From Octopus vulgaris (taxonomy: Eukaryota), in assembly GCA_951406725.2 (NCBI GenBank), contig OX597814.1, forward strand, positions 36,890,001 through 36,954,000: 64,000 nucleotides of DNA. Direction: 5' to 3'. The notes beneath the pieces were generated by a model, which ran no database searches, was not told where the DNA came from, and saw only the letters and a list, made by a program, of their open reading frames with translations. A program made the position numbers and the translations under genes. Positions 56,393-64,000 of the stretch are shown in pieces (position 1 is the stretch's first letter; every line of letters starts with the position of its first letter).

Positions 56393-56838
56393 TTAGAAAA
56401 TTGAGAACACTACAGATTAACAAACGCGTGTATTGAACCACATTTATTGTTTAATTTTTAATACAAAGCATGATATAACAAAATTGGTGACGTAACATAT
56501 CTTACGGCCGGTACTGATCATATTGCCAAACTGCAGTCAATAAATAAATGCGAAAATAAAGTTCTTTATCTTCATAGGGCATTCGAATTAAGGCAACGGA
56601 TCTTCATCAGTTTTTCTTACTCTGATGAAGATCCGTTGCCTTAATTCGAATGCTTTATGAAGATGAATAACTTTATTCTCGCATTTATTTATAGACTGCA
56701 TTTTGGTAACCGATCAGTAACGGCCGCAAGATATGTTACATCACCTATTGTGTTACGTCATGCTTTGTTTTAAAAATAGGCTATAAATGTGGTCCAATCG
56801 ATGTGTTGGTTAATCTGTGATTTTCTACATTTTCTAAT
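56393..56838. repeat. Imperfect palindrome: ~218-bp arms, 11-nt loop
   Basis: Inner 32 bp are perfect (56579-56610 and 56622-56653); the outer arms are diverged. Confidence 0.9.
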
Positions 56839-57039
56839 TATTTGCATTGGTTCCTGATAATCTATTGCTTATCCAGTTGTTATCTGCACTCTACCAGCAT
56901 AATATGCCTGGATACCAATGCCATGCCAGGGAATAATACAGGTAACAGGTACCGATAGTATATACGGATATTTTATCCCTTAGTCGCTAACTATAACCGC
57001 TAACTCTGTTTACACTATATATACATACATATATATATT

Positions 57040-57397
57040 GAGACTAGGCCATTTGCTTCACGTTCGGTCTTTCCAAAAATCTTTAAATCATCCATATATA
57101 ACATGATTTAGTCTTCCTCCATGTTTCAACGTGTACTCCGATGTCACACCCCGTAGTATCTGTGTGAGGGTTAGCATACGTATCACAAACAGCAATGGAG
57201 ATAGGCAATCTTCTTGAACTCTGTCTATCTTGATGCTAAACCTTGCCAAATCTTCCACATGAAGTTAACACTGTATTCCAGTTTTTTCATTCTCTTATTA
57301 AAATTTGATATGATAACACACGTCTGTACCAGCTGTAGACTTTCTAAAATCCAGGAATGTCTTACGCTTCCTTGTAACCGATCTACGCCATGCCCAT
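57040..57397 (-). pseudogene. Decayed R4/Dong-type RT fragment
   Basis: Minus-strand remnants HSWILESL, QEDCLSPLLFV, LNH and YMDDLKIFGK. Confidence 0.7.
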
Positions 57398-57412
57398 ATA
57401 ATAATAATGATG

Positions 57413-57504
<92 letters not shown>

Positions 57505-57530
57505 TATTATTATTATTATTATTAATATTA

Positions 57531-57754
57531 TAGCCCGGTTATGAAAATTGAAGAAGGTGAAGATGGTGCCAATTATTGTTGTGTCCTTGGGAACAGTATC
57601 AGAAGGCATCGTGAGGAACGTCAAGGAAATGAATAGAGTGCCCAGTACTGTTGCAAAAGTTTTGCCTCCTTGGCCCGGCCAGAATAATCAGGGAAGTTAG
57701 CCCACTAAAGATGCAAGACTCCAGGACCTCCAGCAAAATCTGTGATAAAGAGAA

Positions 57755-57755
<1 letters not shown>
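57531..57755 (+). repeat. Inverted duplicate of the last ~225 bp of the R4/Dong element at 59655-60720
   Basis: Reverse complement of 59655-59883 with about four differences. Encodes VPIIVVSLGTV and QKFCLLGPARIIR-like C-terminal motifs. Confidence 0.9.
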
Positions 57756-57822
<67 letters not shown>

Positions 57823-57851
57823 TAATACTACTAATAATAATAATAATAATC

Positions 57852-57931
<80 letters not shown>

Positions 57932-57989
57932 AATGATAATAATAATAATAATTATTATTATTATAATTATTATTATTATTATTATTATT

Positions 57990-58024
<35 letters not shown>

Positions 58025-58116
58025 TATCATCATCATCATCATCATCATCATTATTATTATTATTATTATTATTATGATTATTATTATTATTATTATTATC
58101 ATTATTATCATTATTA

Positions 58117-58193
<77 letters not shown>
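57756..58193. repeat. Self-complementary trinucleotide array (AAT)n(GAT)n(AAT)n|(ATT)n(ATC)n(ATT)n
   Basis: Strand switch at about 57951. Confidence 0.92.
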
Positions 58194-58196
<3 letters not shown>

Positions 58197-59572
58197 TAGT
58201 TTTATTTTTATAGCGTGCTTTCACTTCACTACCGAGCGCAGCTCTGTGTGCCTTGGGTATGTGCTGTGATTTGTTGTGATGCTCTGATGGTTATTGTATG
58301 GAAAGTGTTCTGCGTAGGATGTGTGCAGTGCCTAGTAGTGCAATTTTCTGTATGTTATATGTGTTTGTAAGTCCTGGTGTTTTTGTTATGTATTTGTCTG
58401 AATATTTTTTTATCATGCCTCATGCACCTACTATGATAGGAATTGTTTCTGTTTTCAGGTTCCACATTCTAGTTATCTCTATTTCCAGGTATTTGTATTT
58501 TGAGAGTTTCTCCATTTCTTTTAGAGACACGTTGTCATCTGCCGGTATTGATACATCAATTAGAAAGCATTTTTTTCTTCATGATCTCTGACAACTATAT
58601 CTGGTCTGTTGTCCTTAATTTCTCTATCTGTGTGTATCGGCATATCCCAGAGTATGGTTGCTTTCTCGTTTTCTGTCACCTTTTCTGGAGTGTGCCTATA
58701 CCATCTTTTTTCTGTTGTTATTCCATAATGTTGGCATAGCTTCCAATGTATGTAGGTTCCAACTCTGTCATGTCTGTGAATATATTCCTTCTTAGCCAGG
58801 ACTGGGCAGCTAGAGATAATATGATTTATTGTTTCTTGTCCATCTCCACATATTCTGCAGTTACTTGTAATATTTCTTTTCATTACATGTTTTTGGTAAT
58901 TTCTGGTGGGGAGGCTTTGGTCTTGTGCTGCAATTAAAAATCCCTCTGTTTCTGCTTTGAGTCCTGAGCTTCTGAACCATTGCTGGGATTTTTCTTTGTC
59001 TATTTCTTTTGCGTTTAGTTTAGTGCAACATTTACCATGAAGGGGTTTTTCTTGCCATCGTTTTATCATGGCTCGTTGCTGTTCTATTTTTAGTTTGGAT
59101 TTCATTTGTTTTATAGCTTTTGTTGTTTCCTCATCATCTTCTTCTTCTTCTTCTTTGTGTTTATTAGGTGGTATGATTTCTTGTTTGTATTTGTCAGCTT
59201 CCTTAAATACTGAGAACAGTTTTTTGTTTTGCTCGTGTTTTGCTGCTATATGGATCAGTTTTCCTTCCTTCTCAAGTAGGTATTTTTGCAGTCCTATGGT
59301 GGTTATTTTATAGTAGTTTTCCAGCTGTATAAGGCCTCTACCACCTTCTATACGTTATATAGTCTTTCTATGTCAGATTTTGGGTGATGCATCCTAGATC
59401 CTGTCAGTATTTTTCTTGTTTTCCTATCTATTTTGGACAGTTCATTTCGTGTCCAGTTAAGGATATTGTAGCTGTAACTTATAACTGGGACAGCTAAAGT
59501 GTTGATACCTATTATCTTGTTTTTAGCATTGAGCTCTGTTTTTAGTATTGATCTAACTCGTCTATAATATTC

Positions 59573-59577
<5 letters not shown>
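58194..59577 (-). mobile_element. 5'-truncated R4/Dong-clade non-LTR retrotransposon (RLE type) inserted in (TAA)n
   Basis: Motifs KEYYRRVRSILKTELNAKNK, AAQDQSL, CRIC..ETINHIISSC, RHD and NRPDIV. (ATT)n on both sides; contains frameshifts. Confidence 0.92.
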
Positions 59578-59654
<77 letters not shown>

Positions 59655-59655
<1 letters not shown>

Positions 59656-60720
59656 TTCTCTTTATCACAGATTTTGCTGGAGGTCCTGGAGTCTTGCATC
59701 TTTAGTGGGCTAACTTCCTGATTATTCTGGCCGGGCCAAGGAGGCAAAACTTTTGCAACAGTTCTACTGGGCACTCTATTCAAATTTCCTTGACGTTCCT
59801 CACGATGCCTTCTGATACTGTTCCCAAGGACACAACAATAATTGGCACCATCTTCACCCTCTTCAATTTTCATAACCGGGCTAATTTGCATTTAAGAGAG
59901 TTGTATCTATCTATCCATCGCTTCGTCTTCCTTGACTATTCGTGGAACAAAGGGGCGTGCAACATCAACTATATAGCATATGTGGTGCACCTTGTCCTCT
60001 ACCGCTAGGTCCGGTCTGTTATAGTTAAGTATCTGATCTGCTCAGATTGGGAAATCCCAGAGGATTTTGCTAGTCTCCGACTCTGCCATTCTCATACCAC
60101 GTGTTGCCTCTCTCTAGCCCCCACTTATTGCACAGTTTCCAATCTAGCACTTTCGCTACCTGGTCGTGTCGCCACAACTTATAGTTGTTTTCGGCATGCC
60201 TAGGGTATTCGTTCGTGATATGGGCAATGGTTTCATCCACTGTTTTGCAGAAGCGATGCAGCGGACTCATTTGCTCATTGCAAAGGCTGACCCTCCAGTT
60301 CGTGGCCAAAGCTTGGGCAGGCGCTACGAGTATAGTACTCTCAGTATAGTTCCATTCATCACCCAAATCCACCTATTATTTCCAACAACTTTTGATTTGG
60401 CACGTGTAATTAATTGTGTGCTCACTTGCTGCGTAATTCTTCTTCATGTCCCTTTCATACTTATTTGTTTTCATTTTATTTCCGCTCTCAATACTCACTC
60501 CTTCCTAACTATCACTAGCAAGGTATCCTTACTTTGTCCTCGGTACCCCATTAATATCTCGAGTTCGATAAGCAATATTTTCAATATCAATATTATCTCC
60601 ACTAGGATACTTATGGTGCTTCTTGATTACAATAGTCGTATAAATATCTATTTTGCTCCTTACGTTCACATAGCTGCAAGCACACTCCTGTCCATTATAT
60701 ATACTATTTAGATTTTCCCC
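59655..60720 (-). mobile_element. Older decayed R4/Dong element 3' part (may extend to ~61550 across the SINE)
   Basis: Motifs ETIAHI..RHDQVAKVL, KILWDF and NRPDL run into the C-terminus and an (AAT)n tail. Confidence 0.78.
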
Positions 60721-60868
60721 ATTGCTTTTTTCTGTACTTTACGCACTATCTTTTTTATTATCAATAATGCTTATCTAATTATTCATGTATACATTAGTAA
60801 TCTGATATTTATTGATACCGTGTTCTCCTTCATTGATCATCCGTTTCATTATTTCTATATATTTATGT

Positions 60869-61282
60869 AGGCGCAGGAGTGGCTGTGTGGTAAGTAGCTT
60901 GCTAACCAACCTCATGGTTCCGGGTTCAGTCTCACTGCGTGGCACCTTGGGCAACTGTCTTCTGCTATAGCCTCGGGCCAACCAAATCCTTGTGAGTGGA
61001 TTTGGTAGACGGGAACTGAAAGAAGCCCGTCGTATATATGTATATATATATGTGTGTGTATATGTTTGTGTGTCTGTGTTTGTCCTCCTAGCATTGCTTG
61101 ACAACCGATGCTGGTGTGTTTACGTCCCCGTCACTTAGCGGTTCGGCAAAAGAGACCGATAGAATAAGTACTGGGCTTACAAAGAATAAGTCCTGGGGTC
61201 GATTTGCTCGACTAAAGGCGGTGCTCCAGCATGGCCGCAGTCAAATGACTGAAACAAGTGAAAGAGTAAAAGAGTAAGAGTA
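60869..61282 (+). mobile_element. tRNA-derived SINE, family C, full length, with CORE-like segment and LINE-derived tail
   Basis: A box gtggctgtgtggtaag, B box ggttcagtctc, CORE-like gtggcaccttgggcaa, tail ggcggtgctccagcatggcc and (AAGAGT)n end. Confidence 0.88.
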
Positions 61283-61652
61283 TCTTTTTAGCCTCCTTAA
61301 AAGCAATATATTGAACTTCATTCTTATAACCAGCTTCAGGTAAAGCCATACTGTCATGTGGTATAAACGTTTCCTTTCAGTCCAGAAGGTCTAAGAGAGT
61401 CAATCCTAATAATAGTATTTAGGACGATTGGATAGTTTTAGGATGATTGGATTTCCGATTCACGTATGAAAATTTTAATATAGATTGTGGTACGGATGAT
61501 ATAGTCTTTTGCTAATGTCTTTAATAACATCCACGATATTTATTTCATCATATTCATTCTCTAGTGAGATAAGGAATCCTGTATTTTAAAGAATTTAAAG
61601 AATGTTTTACCTATACATACATGCATACATATATACGTACGTACAGATAAAC

Positions 61653-61688
<36 letters not shown>

Positions 61689-61803
61689 TATATATATATA
61701 TATATATACACTGGGCGAAACCTATTAAAGTTATTAAAGTTCTATACATACACAGACACACATATATGAATATATATATATACATATATATACACATACA
61801 TAC

Positions 61804-61842
<39 letters not shown>

Positions 61843-61847
61843 CAAAC

Positions 61848-61881
<34 letters not shown>

Positions 61882-62289
61882 TATTTTCTTTTCCAATTTC
61901 TCAAATTTCTTTACCGATATTGTGTCATCTCTTTGCTATGATGTGAATTATGAGAGTCCCCGACTGGGGAAGGTAATCAAGGATTTTTTTGGTATAAGGG
62001 AGATAATCAAATATGTTGGGAATAACTAGGTTTTAATAATTTGACATGATTTAGTTTGGAAAGAATAGAATGTTAGAAGTGGTTAGGCTTTGCTTTATAT
62101 TTTTTCCAATGAGGTAAGTTTCCTTATTTAGAATTGCTAGAAATGTTTAGGTTTTGGCTTACATTTTTCAATAAAGTAGGTTTCATTATTTAATCTAACT
62201 TGTGTTGGTGTTCCAGTAGCACAATGATAAAATGGAATGATTACAAATTATGGAAGCAGTTGCTTTGCACATTTCTCAATGTACTCACT

Positions 62290-62902
62290 TCAAACACGTA
62301 TATACATACAACAACCCCAGGGAGCCTTAAATTACGACCCATTATATAACTGGCTCAGCCAGTGAAACACAGATAAAATCTATATATGGACATCCACCTG
62401 ATACCCATTCTTAAACACATCAATAGCTATATCAGAGTTGACTTGGACATGTTAAATCACCTTCTAAAAAAGGAAGAAACAATCATGGTATCATTTGATG
62501 TGATTAATTTATATGCCAGTATACCTCATAATTATGGTTTAGAGACAATGCAGTCCTGGCTGAACCAATATCCGTAAGAAATACCGGAAAGGATCAGCAA
62601 AGAATTCATAATTGACTCGGCTGAAATCATCTTACGAAGCAACTGCTTTATGTTTGACAACATGTTTTAATAACAAAAATTCGGAATTGCGATGAGTACA
62701 AGGGCAGCCCCACTCATTGCAAACTTAACAATGGGCTATCTGGAAATAATAATATACCAGGAATCTTTATCTACCTTTGGAAATTCTCTTTCCTAATACA
62801 TAAAAAAGAAATTGGAAAAGATTCCTAGACGAGTGTTTCATCCACTACATATGAAAACACAAACTCTTGAAATTCAAAAGATTATTGAACAGTATCAACC
62901 CA
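62290..62902 (+). pseudogene. Decayed PLE RT fragment (related to the 33681 element)
   Basis: Motifs KLRPII, VSFDVINLYASIPH, GIAMSTRAAPLIANLTMGYLE and WKRFLDE. Confidence 0.85.
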
Positions 62903-63075
62903 ATCAGGTTTTCTGAGGCACAAGTAAATTCAGATTTGAATTTGAACTTTTGTCCCTCTTTTGAAAAGGAATTCTGATCCTTCAAGAACTGTTAGGCATG
63001 TTGAGCAATTTGGTCGACCACATTTGTTGCAATTTTGCGTCCGTTATTTTAGAAAATAATTTTGCATTTGTGAGG
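62903..63075 (-). pseudogene. Inverted fragment of the PLE Cys-rich linker
   Basis: Minus strand KCGRPNCSTC..LEGSEF..KFKFKSEFTCASENL, homologous to 34760-34930. Confidence 0.8.
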
Positions 63076-63078
63076 ATC

Positions 63079-63120
<42 letters not shown>

Positions 63121-63174
63121 AAAAAATGAAGTTCGAAAATGCTGCTATATTATACAATTTTTAATTATTATATA

Positions 63175-63225
63175 TACATTATAACATGTTTCAGTTCCTG
63201 AAATGAACCTTATCAAAAAAAGTTA
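63175..63225 (-). ncRNA. Minimal hammerhead-like motif (U3:A8 core)
   Basis: UUGAUAA-GGUUC-auuucag-GAACU-GAAAC-AU-GUU; stem I is weak. Confidence 0.5.
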
Positions 63226-63569
63226 TATATAAAAAAAGATAGTTCATGCTATCAAATATAAGAAATTCATTTATATTACACAATGGAGTCAGACATCATA
63301 CAGTTCATATTTAGTTTGAAGTGAGTTCGTTCATGCTTTATGTTTAAAGTGTATGATGCAGTGGTACGTGGTGGTGATATATAAAAAATAGATCAAAGTG
63401 GTGGAATGCAGTCAATATAAAAAATTTATGTTCCTGAAAGAACGAGGAATTCATTTTTACCTTGAGCAACTGTGATGACCAATGGTGGGTGTTCGCTGGA
63501 TGATTCTGGCGAATCTTGTGAATTGTTCGGGTTTTATAACACCTGTTAGATGGTCAGTCCAGCGTAGCG

Positions 63570-63796
63570 TGACGTCATCAACGTTTTGACCAATCGTTTC
63601 GTTAGGTGGCTTAGTCAAGCAGAACGGGACGTCATCAACATTCTGACCAATCGTGACCTCTCGCTGTATTATAACTGCCTCTTGTCTGTATCCTGTTTTG
63701 ACCAATCGTTTCTTTAGGTGGCTTAGTCAAACAGAACGGAACGTCATCAAAATTCTGACCAATCACGACTTATAGCTGTATTATGTCTGCCCCTTA
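63570..63796. repeat. ~112-bp tandem duplication built of ~56-bp subunits
   Basis: gttttgaccaatcgtttc..ttaggtggcttagtcaa..cagaacgg.acgtcatcaa..attctgaccaatc occurs twice. Confidence 0.85.
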
Positions 63797-64000
63797 TATA
63801 TATATATAATCTCACTGCTTGTAGTAAACGTGACACCGTCTTCGTTCTTCGCATACAGGTATACCATCTAATGTCTCTTTAAAATTTAAGGTATTACAGT
63901 TTCCTATCCCATTTTCTTTCGTCATGAAGATTAATAACATTTAGGGTCAAATGCTAAAAGTTTCTTGATTGCAACTTGTAGATTAAACAGAAGTTCGTAT

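Noticed and set aside
63570-63796. CRISPR-like repeat/spacer array
   Set aside because: The spacers are themselves duplicated, the context is eukaryotic and there are no cas genes.

Overview
AT-rich eukaryotic DNA packed with (TA)n, (CA)n, (CATA)n, (TATC)n and (AAT)n microsatellites. The repeat families suggest a cephalopod, probably Octopus (inference). I found no supportable host protein-coding gene; most listed ORFs are microsatellite artefacts. The coding remnants are all transposons: an L1/Tx1-type LINE 3' end, a CR1/L2-type LINE 3' end, at least three Penelope-like elements (PLEs), R4/Dong-type RLE retroposons in (TAA)n, a decayed mariner and a non-autonomous Helitron. There are also several tRNA-derived SINE families. 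The main hidden signal is a set of type I hammerhead-ribozyme (HHR) motifs on PLE ends and on small non-coding elements inserted in (TA)n. Two are fully canonical: 13041-13113, inside a 1.5-mer of an exactly 400-nt retrozyme-like unit, and 36067-36165. Three have the compensatory U3:A8 core, two have a GCAA core variant, and a recurring three-way junction has a U-rich CUGAAAUUUU core. Several long fold-back palindromes are also present, and some duplication breakpoints map in or beside HHR cores. All folds were read by eye and none is tested for activity.
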